A stretch of DNA of 64,000 bases from Macrostomum lignano (taxonomy: Eukaryota), in the NCBI GenBank assembly GCA_002269645.1, contig NIVC01000221.1, positions 372,001 to 436,000 on the forward strand, given 5' to 3'. A model generated the notes under the pieces. That model was not told the origin of the DNA. It made no database searches and saw only the letters and a list, made by a program, of their open reading frames with translations. The translations under genes and the position numbers were made by a program. Of this stretch, positions 27,140 to 41,199 are shown one piece after another (positions within the stretch are counted from its first letter, which is position 1; the number at the start of each line of letters is the position of its first letter).

Positions 27140-27208
27140 GCTAGGATTCGAACTCGCGACCTGTCTCACTCGGCAGTGGCAGCAGATTCGCCACTGGCAA
27201 CAGGGGCA
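27140..27208 (-). mobile_element. Degenerate tRNA-derived (SINE head-like) fragment
   Basis: Minus strand has A-box-like TTGCCAGTGG and B-box-like GAGTTCGAATCC at tRNA-like spacing; no complete cloverleaf. Confidence 0.35.
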
Positions 27209-27225
27209 TCAGTTTTCTCAGCTCC

Positions 27226-27277
27226 GTCGGCAGCCGCCTTCGACAATTTCTACTGCGATGCCTGCCTGCTAAGCTGA
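27226..27277 (+). pseudogene. Short diverged PHD exon end fragment ([14 protein letters not shown])
   Basis: GCCGCCTTCGACAATTTCTACTGCGATGCCTGCCTGCT matches other PHD copies. Confidence 0.7.
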
Positions 27278-27569
27278 AAATTCCATTAACATAAAGCTTC
27301 AGCTTCTGCAACACTTTATTTCACGAGCAGGTAGAATGAGCACAAAACAAATTCACAGGTTAATCATTGACAGCTTTCATATGGATTCCAGCAGCAAATC
27401 ACTGTATAAAACATTGCAAGCAATGAATTCTTAATTTTATTAGGTCAATATGATTTTCATATCTTATATTTTTGCGGCGTAGGTAAGCGGAGTATTCGAG
27501 AATTGCCCCTCAGTCATTACTCTTGTAGCCTGGACAGTCTCTAATTTTCGAACTCAAGAATTTCTTATA

Positions 27570-28225
27570 AGAGTGCCACAGCTACCCACAGTGACACACA
27601 GAGTGCAGCAGCTACCCAGAGTGACACACAGAGTGACACACAAAGTGACACACAAAGTGACACACAAAGTGACACACAAAGTGACACACAAAGTGACACA
27701 CAAAGTGACACACAAAGTGACACACAAAGTGCCGCAGCTACCCAGAGTGACACACAGAGTGCAGCAGCTACCCAGAGTGACACAAAGTGACACACAGAGT
27801 GACACACAGAGTGCCACAGCTACCAAGAGTGGCACAAAGTGACACACAGAGTGACACACATAGTGCCACAGCTACCCAGAGTGACACACATAGTGCCACA
27901 GCTACCCAGAGTGACACACAAAGTGCCACAGCTACCCAGAGTGACACACAGAGTGCCACAGCTACCCAGAGTGACACACAAAGTGCAGCAGCTACCCAGA
28001 GTGACACACATAGTGCCGCAGCTACCCAGAGTGACACACAGAGTGCAGCAGCTACCCAGAGTGACACAAAGTGACACACAGAGTGAAACACAGAGTGCCA
28101 CAGCTACCCAAAGTGACACACAGAGTGCAGCAGCTACCCAGAGTGACACACAAAGTGCCACAGCTACCCAGAGGGACACACAGTGACACACAGAGTGACA
28201 CACAGAGTGACACCACAGCACCAAC
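27570..28225. repeat. Expanded GTGACACACAAA / GTGCCACAGCTACCCAGA minisatellite
   Basis: 12-bp and 30-bp tandem units; here the PHD exon is lost immediately after CACCACAGCACCAACC. Confidence 0.9.
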
Positions 28226-28723
28226 CATTTATGTTTAAAACCGAAGTCTATCTAGGGTAAAAGAATACTATTTTTCACTTTATTTTGGCATGACAAATAC
28301 GAAAAAACAGTTTAGCCTAAAGACAAATATTACACGGTGAATCATTACTATTACTACGGTAATGTTTAAGCAATCACGGAAGCTCAAAACCCACCTGAGA
28401 ATCTGCCAGAGATCGGGATGAGCTCTGCGTCCCAGGCCGCAACGATGGGGCTGCACGTGACAGTCGGGCTGCTGCTGACATTGTCTGCTGCTGGCTCCGC
28501 TGAGGTTCTGGAGTCGGAGTCTGTGGAGTCAGTTGGCTGATTCGAGATGTGCCAAGAAATCGAGCTGAATGCCGCGTGAGCCATTATAGAATAATATAGA
28601 ATACATAACTAGCTAGCCGTCGCCACTTATATGGACCATCTGCGACGAGTCGAGTGCTATTCATGGCAACTGTCCTATTGTATGGACAGAGGCGCTGCCA
28701 TCTCAACTGCCACTCGTTGGGAT

Positions 28724-30217
28724 AAGAATTCTGGGATATCTGAGATTCTGGGGTAAGAATCGTGATATTCTGGCGGTAAGAATCATAAGATTCTGGGGGT
28801 TAGAATCGTGAGATTCTGGGGGTTAGAATCGTGAGATTCTGTGGGTAAGAATCGTGAGATTCTGGGGATAAGAATCGTGAGATTCTGGGATAAGAATCGT
28901 GAGATTCTGGGGGTAAGAATCATAAGATTCTGGGGGTAAGAATCATAAGATTCTGGGGGTTAGAATCGTGAGATTCTGTGGGTAAGAATCGTGAGATTCT
29001 GGGGATAAGAATCGTGAGATTCTGGGATAAGAATCGTGAGATTCTGGGGGTAAGAATCATAAGATTCTGGGGGTTAGAATCGTGAGATTCTGGGGGTTAG
29101 AATCGTGAGATTCTGGGGGTAAGAATCGTGAGATTGTGGGATAAGAATCGTGAGATTCTGGGATAAGAATCGTGAGATTCTGAGGGTAAGAATCGTGAGA
29201 TTCTGGGGATAAGAATCGTGAGATTCTAGGATAGGAATCGTGAGATTCTGGGATAAGAATCGTGAGATTCTGTGGGTAAGAATCGTGAGATTCTGGGGAT
29301 AAGAATCGTGAGATTCTGGGATAAGAATCGTGAGATTCTGGGATAAGAATCGTGAGATTCTGTGGGATAGAATCATGAGATTCTGGGGGTAAGAATCGTG
29401 AGATTGTGGGATAAGAATCGTGAGATTGTGGGATAAGAATCGTGAGATTCTGGGATAAGAATCGTGAGATTGTGGGATAAGAATCGTGAGATTCTGGGAT
29501 AAGAATCGTGAGATTCTGGGATAAGAATCGTGAGATTCTGGATAAGAATCGTGAGATTCTGGGATAAGAATCGTGAGATTTTGGGGATAAGAATCGTGAG
29601 TTGCTGGGATAAGAATCGTGAGATTGTGGGATAAGAATCGTGAGATTGTGGGATAAGAATCGTGAGATTCTGGGATAAGAATCGTGAGATTCTGGGATAA
29701 GAATCGTGAGATTCTGGGGATAAGAATCGTGAGTTGCTGGGATAAGAATCGTGAGATTGTGGGATAAGAATCGTGAGATTCTGGGATAAGAATCGTGAGA
29801 TTGTGGGATAAGAATCGTGAGATTCTGGGATAAGAATCGTGAGATTCTGGGATAAGAATCGTGAGATTGTGGGATAAGAATCGTGAGATTGTGGGATAAG
29901 AATCGTGAGATTCTGGGATAAGAATCGTGAGATTCTGGGATAAGAATCGTGAGATTCTGGGGATAAGAATCGTGAGTTGCTGGGATAAGAATCGTGAGAT
30001 TGTGGGATAAGAATCGTGAGATTCTGGGATAAGAATCGTGAGATTGTGGGATAAGAATCGTGAGATTCTGGGATAAGAATCGTGAGATTCTGGGATAAGA
30101 ATCGTGAGATTCTGGGATAAGAATCGTGAGATTCTGGGATAAGAATCGTGAGATTCTGGGATAAGAATCGTGAGATTCTGGGGATAAGAATCGTGAGTTG
30201 CTGGGATAAGAATCGTG
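28724..30217. repeat. 22-23-bp minisatellite (GAGATTCTGGGATAAGAATCGT), ~1.5 kb
   Basis: About 65 tandem units differing in G-run length. Confidence 0.95.
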
Positions 30218-30879
30218 CTCAAAACAATGCTTTTTATTTCAAAGTTGCAGCGATTTTTTATTACGATGCGATTTTTGCGAGCCAAGAGTCGGTGGCAACA
30301 CTTTTAAGCAATCACAGAAGCTCAAAACCCACCTGCGAATCTGCCAGAGACTGGCATCAGCTCTGCGTCCCACGCTGTAACGATGGGGCTGCACGTGACT
30401 CTCGGGCTGCTGCTGAGCTGCTCGCTGACAACGGACGATGTCATTGCTGGGCTTCTGGACTCGGAGTCTGAGGGATTTGAGATGTGCCAAGAGATCGATC
30501 TGAATCTTATAAGTCTTATAAGATTCGTGTAACATAAGATAAGACAAATGAATCGTCTCATCGTCTCATTTATGAAATGAAATGCATTTTGGTTAAGCCA
30601 ATGAGCTCCACACTCCACACTCCTCATTGTGGCTATTTTTAGACAAATTGAGTTTGTAAAGTAGAATTTACAAGAGGAGGAGTTCATGCCCAGGAGTGCA
30701 GGAGTGTCATGGGGTAGAGAAAATCTTTTCGCAATTTTGGACAACTTTGAAACTCTCACCACTCTCACCTTTGCTTTCTGGACAAACTGTTGTGTTCTAA
30801 AGAACTCATTCAACTGCCAAAACCTACTTCACAGCTGATTAGAATCACTTTAAAACTCGAGAATTTGCACACAAAGTAC

Positions 30880-31050
30880 AGAGGTGTCCGGTGAAAAATC
30901 GGACAGGTGCCGTAACTCAGGAAACAAAGAAGCAACCAGAAAAAACAGCACAGTCATTTTTAAACATAGTCGCCACCCTTCTCAGTGCTGCGCTGCCACC
31001 TCACCTGCCACTTGTTGAAGGCCTCAGCGTACAGGTTTGCGGCCAACTGA
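30880..31050 (-). mobile_element. Mariner right-end remnant
   Basis: TA|CAGAGGTGTCCGGTGAAAAATCGGACAGG followed by minus-strand AEAFNKWQVRWQRSTEKGGDYV. Confidence 0.75.
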
Positions 31051-31134
31051 AGTGGAATTCAAGTAGAACTCAACTCAAAATTGCGGCCTGCGATGTTGAT
31101 TTTGACACTTTGGAGAAGTGATTAAAAAAGTGAT

Positions 31135-32600
31135 GAGTGAGAGTGCTGTGAGTGATGAGAGTGACATCTGGAGTGCCTGTGAGTGGTGTGACAACTGGAG
31201 TGCCTTGAGAGGTGAGAATGACATCTGGAGTGCCTGTGAGTGGTGAGAGTTACATGGAGTGCCTGTGAGTGGTGAGAGTGACATCTGGAGTGCATGTGAG
31301 TTATGAGAGTGACATCTGGAGTGCCTGTGAGTGACGAGAGTGACATCTGGAGTGCCTGTGAGTGGTGAGAGTTACATGGAGTGCCTGTGAGTGGTGAGAG
31401 TTACATGGAGTGCCTGTGAGTGGTGAGAGTGACATCTGGAGTGCCTATAAGTGACGAGAGTGACATTTGGAGTGCCTGTGGGTGATGAGAGTGACATCTG
31501 GAGTGCATGTGAGTTATGAGAGTGACATCTGGAGTGCCTGTGAGTGGTGAGAGTGACATCTGGAGTGCATGTGAGTGGTGAGAGTGACATTTGGAGTGCC
31601 TGTGAGTGGTGAGAGTGACATCTGGAGTGCCTGTGAGTGGTGTGACAACTGGAGTGCCTATAAGTGACGAGAGTGACATTTGGAGTGCCTGTGAGTGGTG
31701 AGAGTTACATGGAGTGCCTGTGAGTGGTGAGAGTGACATCTGGAGTGCCTGTGAGTGGTGAGAGTGACAACTGGAGTGCCTGTGAGTGGTGAGAAGGACA
31801 TCTGGAGTGCATGTGAGTGGTGAGAGTGACAACTGGAGTGCCTGTGAGTGGTGAGAAGGACATCTGGAGTGCATGTGAGTTATGAGAGTGACATCTGGAG
31901 TGCCTGTGAGTGGTGAGAGTTACATGGAGTGCCTGTGAGTGGTGAGGGTGACATCTGGAGTGCCTGTGAGTGGTGTGACAACTGGAGTGCCTTGAGAGGT
32001 GAGAATGACATCTGGAGTGCCTGTGAGTGACGAGAGTGACATCTGGAGTGCCTGTGAGTGGTGAGAGTGACATCTGGAGTGCATGTGAGTGGTGAGAGTG
32101 ACATCTGGAGTGCCTGTGAGTGGTGAGAGTGACAACTGGAGTGCCTGTGAGTGGCGAGAAGGACATCTGGAGTGCATGTGAGTGGTGAGAGTGACATCTG
32201 GAGTGCATGTGAGTGGTGAGAGTGACATTTGGAGTGCCTGTGAGTGGTGAGAGTTACATGGAGTGCCTGTGAGTGGTGAGAGTGACATCTGGAGTGCCTG
32301 TGAGTGGTGAGAGTGACAACTGGAGTGCCTGTGAGTGGCGAGAAGGACATCTGGAGTGCCTGTGAGTGGTGAGAGTGACATCTGGAGTGCCTGTGAGTGG
32401 TGAGAGTGACAACTGAAGTGCCTGTGAGTGGTGAGAAGGACATCTGGAGTGCCTATAAGTGACGAGAGTGACATTTGGAGTGCCTGTGAGTGGTGAGAGT
32501 GACAACTTGAGTGCCTGTGAGTGGTGAGAAGGACATCTGGAGTGCCTGTGAGTGATAAGAGTGACACCTGAAGTGCATATTAGTGATGAGAGTGACATCT
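31135..32600. repeat. 31-bp minisatellite, array 3 (GAGTGGTGAGAG variant)
   Basis: Tandem units with recurring 29-bp GTTACATGG variants. Confidence 0.95.
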
Positions 32601-32789
32601 ACGTTCACATTATGTGACACTCAAAGCAACTGAGATTTACACCCTAAATGCCAGAAAGACACAGAGAGACACTCTGTGACACTCAGTCACACAGAGTGCT
32701 GCAACTACCAAGGGACACACAAAGAGCCACAATTACCAGAGTGACACACTAAACAGCTACCCGGAGTGACTTACTTCCCTTAAGTGTCA

Positions 32790-33140
<351 letters not shown>

Positions 33141-35069
33141 TCACTCAGGCTGCAATTCTCACTGCATGCTGGGTCTTTTCGATACATATCGGCCCAGACT
33201 CAAAGCCTGATTGCGTCTATTCTAATAGGCGAATGCGATTGCAATGTTAAATGTGCCATTTCTATCAATAATAATAATAATATCCTTTGCATACTACTGT
33301 CAGGCATTCAGGCTGCATTTGCGATCTGCTTCATTCTCTGTTGAATGCTCTGTCGAAATGTTTCAATTGTTTTAAATAAACTGAAGGTGCTCAGTTGGAG
33401 TGTTGAAAATCGACAAGAAAACAGCATTCGGTGGCGTTGGCTGCATTTTGTTAATTGAAACTGGTGAAATGCGGTGACAGCTTTGTATGATTACGATTAC
33501 CTGCAGTGAGTTTATAAAAGCTAATAAAATGCATGGCCTGACTGCATTTAGAACTCTGTGGCAGACCGGAAAAACCGTGGATTTGCCGCACACAGGAATC
33601 TATTTTTAGCCCCGACCGACCGAGGGGCTTTTTTGTTTGGTACAAAAAAAGCTCGAAACGCGGCCGGCGGGCTCTCGAATTCTCGGCTTCCCTGCGAAAT
33701 CTTCGTTTAGCTCTGGTTACGGGGGGGGGAATTATTTCATTTTCATTCCTCATTAACCTTTTATTTTTTCCTATCGCTCTAGTAATGAGTTTGCCCCAAT
33801 AATATAAAATATGAAGATCATATTGTCCTGAGGCAAATAAAGAATTATTTGGTTGCACATGCCTTACGTGATTGCTGCTGGAATATGATGTGTGCCTGTG
33901 TATCACAGCTGGCCTGTAGCAGCTCGTGTGTTTATCACATTTTTCAAAACCAATAAGTTGCTTATTGAACTTTGTTTACCTGTGCCCAAGTAGATTAACT
34001 GATTCGATTCGTTTGAGCCCTGGGGTTTTCAGGCGGTGGGAGTCGAGTTCACTGCTGCAGTATTATGGATTTTAACGCAACATCAACAGAATAAATATAA
34101 AATATAATATGAATAAAATATGTATGAATATAATATGTATGACAAGTCAATATTTGAAGCAAATCACTGACATCTCATCTCATTTCATCTGTACAAATGT
34201 GTCAGTGTGAGTCACATTGATTTACACACTGAGATGCAGCTGCCATCGCTCAGCCGCCATCAGGTTGCAAAAAGCCGGTCTCGCAACCGGCCGGAAAAGC
34301 CGGAAAGGCCGAAAAAGGCGGAAAAACTGTCTCTGAAAAGCCGGAGAAAGAATTTCAGCATGCAGTCAGGCCTCACTACGGCATTGTTTAAGCAATCGCA
34401 GAAGCTCGATCACAACCCACCTGCGAATCTGCCAGAGACCCGGCATGAGCTCTGCGTCCCAGGCCGCAACGATGGGGCTGCACGTGACTGTCGGGCTGCT
34501 GCTGCCAAACATGCGATGCTCGTCCGCTGCTGGCACCGCTGGGGTTCCGGAGTCGGAAGGCATTGCTGATTTGAGTCAAGAGAAAATCTCCAGATCTCCA
34601 GAAAATCTCCAGAAAATCTAATAAGATATGATGACACAGATATCCCGAACTGGAGCAGCTGAGACCCGCACTGGAGCAGCAGGGTCTTTTATTTATACAA
34701 ATTTCTGGATGGAGTGCTTATGTAGCCTTTTTATCAGTGCCGTATTATTCTTCTTGTCTTGTCTTGTCTTGTCTTGTCTAGCAAAACGCGTACACAGAGA
34801 AACTTGTACGTCAGTGTGAGTCACATTGATTTACACACTGAGATGCAGCTGCCATCGCTTGTACGTCAAGAAACTTGACGTCTTCAGCCACGGCGCAGCT
34901 AAAAAAATAGCTGGTTGGCCAGGCCGCAACTTTTCTAGCGGTGCTAAAAATAGAAAACTCTTTTTTTACCAGCTATTTCAAATCTTTTACATTGTACTGC
35001 TTGCAGTAATTCACTTATTCTGAAATAATATAATATAATAAAATATCTAATATATCTAATTCTGAGTCC

Positions 35070-35260
35070 GGTGTTGTCCGGTGAAAAATCGGACAGGTGC
35101 TGTAATCAGGAATCAAATAACCAATTACAGAAGCAGAACAAACGGCACTTTTCAACATTAGTCGCCACTCTTCTCAATGCAGCGCTGCCATCTCAACTGC
35201 CACTTGTTGAAGGCCTCAGCTTACAGGTTTGCGGCCATGGAGTTGGTGACCCCAACGCGA
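35070..35260 (-). mobile_element. Mariner right-end remnant
   Basis: Minus strand VTNSMAANL*AEAFNKWQLRWQRCIEKSGD; TIR-like motif at the left edge. Confidence 0.75.
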
Positions 35261-35611
35261 TGCGTACTTTTACGTACAACAGCAACAACATCGCTGCAAA
35301 CACAGTGTTGCAGCGTTACTCACAATTACCCCAGCCAATGCTGGAAATCGTGAATCGTTTTAAGCTGGGTGAATTGAAGCAATGGTGTTGCTATAGGACA
35401 AAAAGAGATAAGCTTGTATTACAGCTGTGTATATAATTTCAGGACCAGCAAAACGCGTACACAGGACACACGATGTTAAATCAGCCATGCCGTCAGACTC
35501 CGAGTCCGCAGCAATGCCAGCGAGAATTGCAGCACCAGCACCAGCCCGACAGCCCCTGGTAGCCCTGGGACAAAGCGGCCTGGGACAATGGTAAACTGGG
35601 ACTGCCGTGTT

Positions 35612-36150
35612 CGGGAATTCATGAGAAACTGACGTGTTAGGGAATTCATGAGAAACTGCCGTGTTCGGGCATTCATGAGAAACTGACGTGTTGGGGAATT
35701 CATGAGAAACTGACGTGTTGGGGAATTCATGAGAAACTGGAGTGTTGGGGAATTCATGAGAAACTGCCGTGTTAGGGAATTCATGAGAAACTGCCGTGTT
35801 CGGGAATTCATGAGAAACTGGGGTGTTGGGGAATACATGAGAAACTGGAGTGTTGGGGAATTCATGAGAAACTGGAGTGTTGGAGAATTCATGAGAAACT
35901 GGAGTGTTGGGGAATTCATGAGAAACTGGAGTGTTGGAGAATTCATGAGAAACTGGAGTGTTGGAGAATTCATGAGAAACTGGAGTGTTGGGGAATTCAT
36001 GAGAAACTGGACTGTTGGGGAATTCATGAGAAACTGGAGTGCTGTAGAATTCATGAGAAACTGGAGTGTTGGGGAATTCATGAGAAACTGGAGTGTTGGG
36101 GAATTCATGAGAAACTGGAGTGTTGGGGAATTCATGAGAAACTAACGTGT
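35612..36150. repeat. 27-bp minisatellite, reverse orientation (GAATTCATGAGAAACTGGAGTGTTGGG)
   Basis: Reverse complement of the 13993-14945 unit. Confidence 0.95.
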
Positions 36151-36559
36151 TGGTGAAATTCCGTGCATTTGTATTCTCTAGTGTATGTCAATATACTTAC
36201 AAGTACTTAAAATTATACTTACTTACTCCGTATAAAAGTAGAATATTGTACTTTTATTCGATATTCTAAAAGTATTCGAAGTCAATAATTGCCCGGTAAC
36301 CAAATTCTGGACCAGGTATCAAAGAAACAAATCGAAAAAACAGCACAGTCACTCTTATCACTGTCACCTTCTCACCCTTCCTTCCTTCTCAACTTTCTCA
36401 ATGCAGCGCCTCCATCTCACAAGCCACTTTATCTTTGGTCTTTGGTTTAAACCGAATATCAGGAGAACTTTAGAGAACGACATTCTCATGCTTTGCCCCC
36501 ACCCCACCTTTGTTAACCTGTTATGGAATTATTAACTTAGCTTCAGGGCGACAAAAATG

Positions 36560-36932
36560 GTGCTTGAGGCGCTAAAATAAATGACTGTGGCGCTCAAACG
36601 GTGCTTGAGGCGCTAAAATGAGTGACTGTGGCGCTCAAACGTTGCTTGAGGCGCTAAAATGAGTGCCTGTGGCGCTCAAACGGTGCTTGAGGCGCTAAAA
36701 TGAGTGCCTGTGGCGCTCAAACGGTGCTTGAGGCGCTCAAACGGTGCTTGAGGCGCTAAAATGAGTGCCTGTGGCGCTCAAACGGTACTTGAGGCGCTCA
36801 AACGGTGCTTGAGGCGCTAAAATGAGTGCCTGTGGCGCTCAAACGGTGCTTGAGGCGCTAAAATGAGTGACTGTGGCGCTCAAACGGTGCTTGAGGCGCT
36901 AAAATGAGTGCCTGTGCCGCTCAAACGGTGCT
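36560..36932. repeat. 41-bp minisatellite (GGTGCTTGAGGCGCTAAAATGAGTGCCTGTGGCGCTCAAAC) with 20-bp short units
   Basis: About 8 long and 2 short tandem units. Confidence 0.9.
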
Positions 36933-37183
36933 TCTGACAACACTTATTCTGAAAATAATGTACATCTAGGAATTTAGTAATGTACATGTAGAAGTCTTGG
37001 CTCTCCCTCACCATAAAATCCATGTCGATGCCCCTGAATATGAGTACTTGCAGAGGGTAGTATGTTTAGCAATATTTTCAAATACATTAAAAGTCCTCAG
37101 ACTCGGATTAGACATTAGACATGGATTAGACATAAGCCAACCAAACTAGCTGGCTGCTGTGTGCACCATGAAAAAAGAAGCAA

Positions 37184-37489
<306 letters not shown>

Positions 37490-38197
37490 TTACTCAGGCT
37501 GCAATTCGCACTGCATGCTGGGTCTTTTCGATACATATCGGCCCGGACTCAAAGCCTGATTGCGTCTATTCTAATAGGCGAATGCGATCGCAATGTTAAA
37601 TGTGCCATTTCTATCAATAATAATAATAATAGCCTTTAACGAACGACGCCGAGGAAGGAAGGCAAAGGCACGACACGGGCGAGGAAGACGAACCCGGGCG
37701 GAACAGGCCAAACACCAAACAATAGGAGAGGAGGCGAGGGGGAAGCAGTCAGTAAAACAGAAAATTAGACTTCGGCGGCAGCCGCCAAAGCTCCCACGCC
37801 GAGAGCCGCCCGAGAGCGGCAGGTAGCGCAGAACGACATCGAGCAGCTCATTGCTGGGCATTGCTGGGCTTCTGGACTCTGAAGGCATGATTTGCGATGT
37901 GTCGAGAGATCGAGCTGAATGCTTAAGCCAATTCCTGCTCACTTGTTATTATTAATAATCGCACATATATATCTAATATATTAACTCCAATACAGAAGAA
38001 CAGTGCATCACAGCTGCAAGGAATGGAATTTGCCGCAGGATTCCCGCCAATTGCAGCTATTTTTAGAAATTCTCGTGACGGTCGTTTTTTGGCCTTTAGG
38101 GAGAAACTGTTGTGTTCTAAAAAACTCATTCAACTGCCAAAACCTACTTCACAGCTGATTAGAATCACTTTAAAACTCGAGAATTTGCACACAAAGT

Positions 38198-38370
38198 ACA
38201 GAGCTGTCCGGTGAAAAATCGGACAGGTGCCGTAACTCAGGAAACAAAGAAGCAACCAGAGCAAACAGCACAAGTCATTTTTAAACATAGTCGCCACCCT
38301 TCTCAGTGCTGCGCTGCCACCTCACCTGCCACTTGTTGAAGGCCTCAGCGTACAGGTTTGCGGCCAACTG
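38198..38370 (-). mobile_element. Mariner right-end remnant
   Basis: Near-identical to 12905-13075 and 30880-31050. Confidence 0.75.
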
Positions 38371-39561
38371 AAGTGGAATTGAAGTAGAATTCACTCAAAA
38401 TGGCGGCCTGCGATGTTGATTTTGACATTTTGAGAAGTAATTAAAGAAAACCAGAAACCCCGTTTGCTGGCCTTAAACTTGGCGTAGAGTGGAGTTCGAT
38501 GAAATGACTCTTCGTTGTTTCTTTGTTGTAATTCGTTGCCAACGCCACCAAAAGTATGTTTAAATGCATTAAGAATACATTAGAGATACATGTGTGGAGG
38601 ACTGGATATGTGTGAAGTTGGTTTACAACTTTTTGCAAAACTTGCCTTTCTGTTTAGTTGGCCGCTGTTATAATGTGATAATTTGAATTCGAATAAAAGT
38701 ACAAATCAGCCACTGAAAGAGAAATTGAAAATTTGTGTTTGCATTTGCAATCTTAGTCGCATATTGTGCGCATATCTAGATATTGTACATGCATTGCGTA
38801 TTTTACTTACACAAATCTCTAAATCATTATCGCTTTGCACTTGTTGAGAATCCACCCTAGTTATCAGAATTCAACAACCATATTTATTATCCCTATAACC
38901 CACGTGTTGCGATTTCTCTTCCCTTGAATCATCCTGCCCCCCAGCCCCCAATTTCCCAATTTCCCATAGAAAACTCCACTTTTCGGCAAGAGACAGGCGG
39001 TGGTTGGTTTGGCGACATGCAGTGAGCCCAGCGTCCAGCCTAGATCTGGATGGTCAGTTTTAGACATTGAGGTAGAAATTCCTGTTAGGCTTGCCACTGG
39101 TGAGGCCGAGAGCCATTGAACTGCGGGCTGGGTGGCTGCTTTGCTGGGTCGGGTCGGGAGGGGGGAGGGGCTGTGCGTGCGCTGTTTGGCCGTCCTGCCT
39201 TCGTCTGCAAGTTTCGTTCGCACACAATTCTTTCGTGCCAGCACTGGTCTCTGTCTCCTTTCCCCGCGGTGAAATCTGCTGTACTTTTTCTGCAGAAGCA
39301 GCCAATTGTGGATGCCCGCCGTTGCAACCGCAGCAACCCCCGCCTCCTTCACGAGCCAATGAAGTGGCTGCCCAATTGGCCTTTGCAGCCATCGGATTAG
39401 GAAGAGACACTGTAAGCACTGGAAAAGCCCGCTAAACAAGTTCTCGTTGACTATCAAATCGTTAGAATGCATTCCCAGATAATTCTCCGTAGCTCAGTGT
39501 TTCACACTCATAATAGCTGGGTGCACCCGGCGGCTCGACTGGCGCCGCCTGCTGGACCTGC

Positions 39562-41038
39562 TGGATGAGAGATGAGAGTGACATCTGGAGTGCCTGTGAG
39601 TGATGAGAGTCACATCTGGAGTGCCTGTGAGTGATAAGAGTGACTCCGGAGTGCCTGTGAGTGATGAGAGTGACATCTGGAGTGCCTGTGAGTGATGAGA
39701 GTGACATCTGGAGTGCTTGCGAGTGATGAGAGTGACATCTAGAGTGCCTGTGAGTGATGAGAGTGACATCTGGAGTGCCTGTGAGTGGTGAATGTGACAT
39801 CTGGAGTGCCTGTGAGTGATGAGAGTGACATCTGGAGTGCCTGTGAGTGTTTAAAGTGACATATGGAGTGCCTGTGGGTGGTGAGAGTGACATCTGGAGT
39901 GCCTGAGTGGTGAAAGTGACATGTGGAGTGCCTGTGAGTGATGAGAGTGACATCTGGAGTGCCTTTGAGTGGTGAGAGTGACATCTGGAGTGCCTGTGAG
40001 TGATAAGAGTGACATCTAGTGTGCCTGTGAGTGATGAGAGTGACATCTGGAGGAGTGCCTGTGAGTGGTGAGAGTGACATCTGGAGTGCCTGTGAATGAT
40101 GAGAGTGACATCTGGAGTGCCTGTGAGTGATGAGAGTGACATCTGGAGTGCCTTTGAGTGATGAGAGTGACATCTTTAGTGCCTTTGAGTGATAAGAGTG
40201 ACATCTGGAGTGCCTGTGAGTGATGAGAGTGACATCTGGAGTGCCTTTGAGTGATGAGAGTGACATCTGGAGTGCCTGTGAATGATGAGAGTGACATCTG
40301 GAGTGCCTGTGAATGATCAGAGTGACATCTGGAGTGCCTGTGAGTGGTGAGAGTGACATCTGGAGTGCCTTTGAGTGGTGAGAGTGACATCTGGAGTGCC
40401 TGTGAGTGTTTAAAGTGACATATGGAGTGCCTGTGGGTGGTGAGAGTGACATCTGGAGTGCCTGAGTGGTGAAAGTGACATGTGGAGTGCCTGTGAGTGA
40501 TGAGAGTGACATCTGGAGTGCCTTTGAGTGGTGAGAGTGACATCTGGAGTGCCTGTGAGTGATAAGAGTGACATCTAGTGTGCCTGTGAGTGATGAGAGT
40601 GACATCTGGAGGAGTGCCTGTGAGTGGTGAGAGTGACATCTGGAGTGCCTGTGAATGATGAGAGTGACATCTGGAGTGCCTGTGAGTGATGAGAGTGACA
40701 TCTGGAGTGCCTTTGAGTGATGAGAGTGACATCTTTAGTGCCTTTGAGTGATGAGAGTGACATCTGGAGTGCCTGTGAGTGATGAGAGTGACATCTGGAG
40801 TGCCTTTGAGTGGTGAGAGTGACATCTGGAGTGCCTTTGAGTGATGAGAGTGACATCTGGAGTGCCTGTGAGTGTTCAGAGTGACATCTGGAGTGCCTGT
40901 GAGTGGTGAGAGTGACATCTGGAGTGCCTGTGAGTGGTGAGAGTGACATTTGGAGTGCCTGTGAGTGATAAGAGTGATATCTGGCTTGCCTGTGAGTGGT
41001 GAGAGTGACATTTGGAGTGCCTAAGTGGTGAGAGTGAC
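39562..41038. repeat. 31-bp minisatellite, array 4, with an internal higher-order duplication
   Basis: Variant units (GTGTTTAAAGTGACATATGG, CTAGTGTGCC, GGAGGAGTG) recur about 555 bp apart. Confidence 0.95.
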
Positions 41039-41199
41039 ATAACAAGTTCTGTAACAATTGTATGCAGATGTTTTGCACTGATTGCTACTCAATATGAAGC
41101 TCGTTAATTCGAGTGCATTTTGACTTAATTTTAACGCAACGTCAACAGAATTTAATTTTGAATTTAGGAGCCCTCTTGTCACCGATTAAAAAAAAGCTC

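Noticed and set aside
28724-30217. CRISPR-like appearance of short regular repeats (also the 27-bp and 31-bp arrays)
   Set aside because: No unique spacers, no cas genes, eukaryotic context
29074-30285. Long ORFs over satellites (403 aa here; also 4485-5527, 13896-14872, 31075-32598, 35476-36145, 39462-41078, 60978-61859)
   Set aside because: Translations are just the repeat unit in rotating frames; stop-free by composition, with no domain signal
39091-39435. ORF similar to 57090-57446 (QPQQPPPPSRANEVAAQLA)
   Set aside because: A plausible exon after TTTTTCTGCAG, but I could not assign a product or connect it to other exons; treated as duplicated unknown sequence
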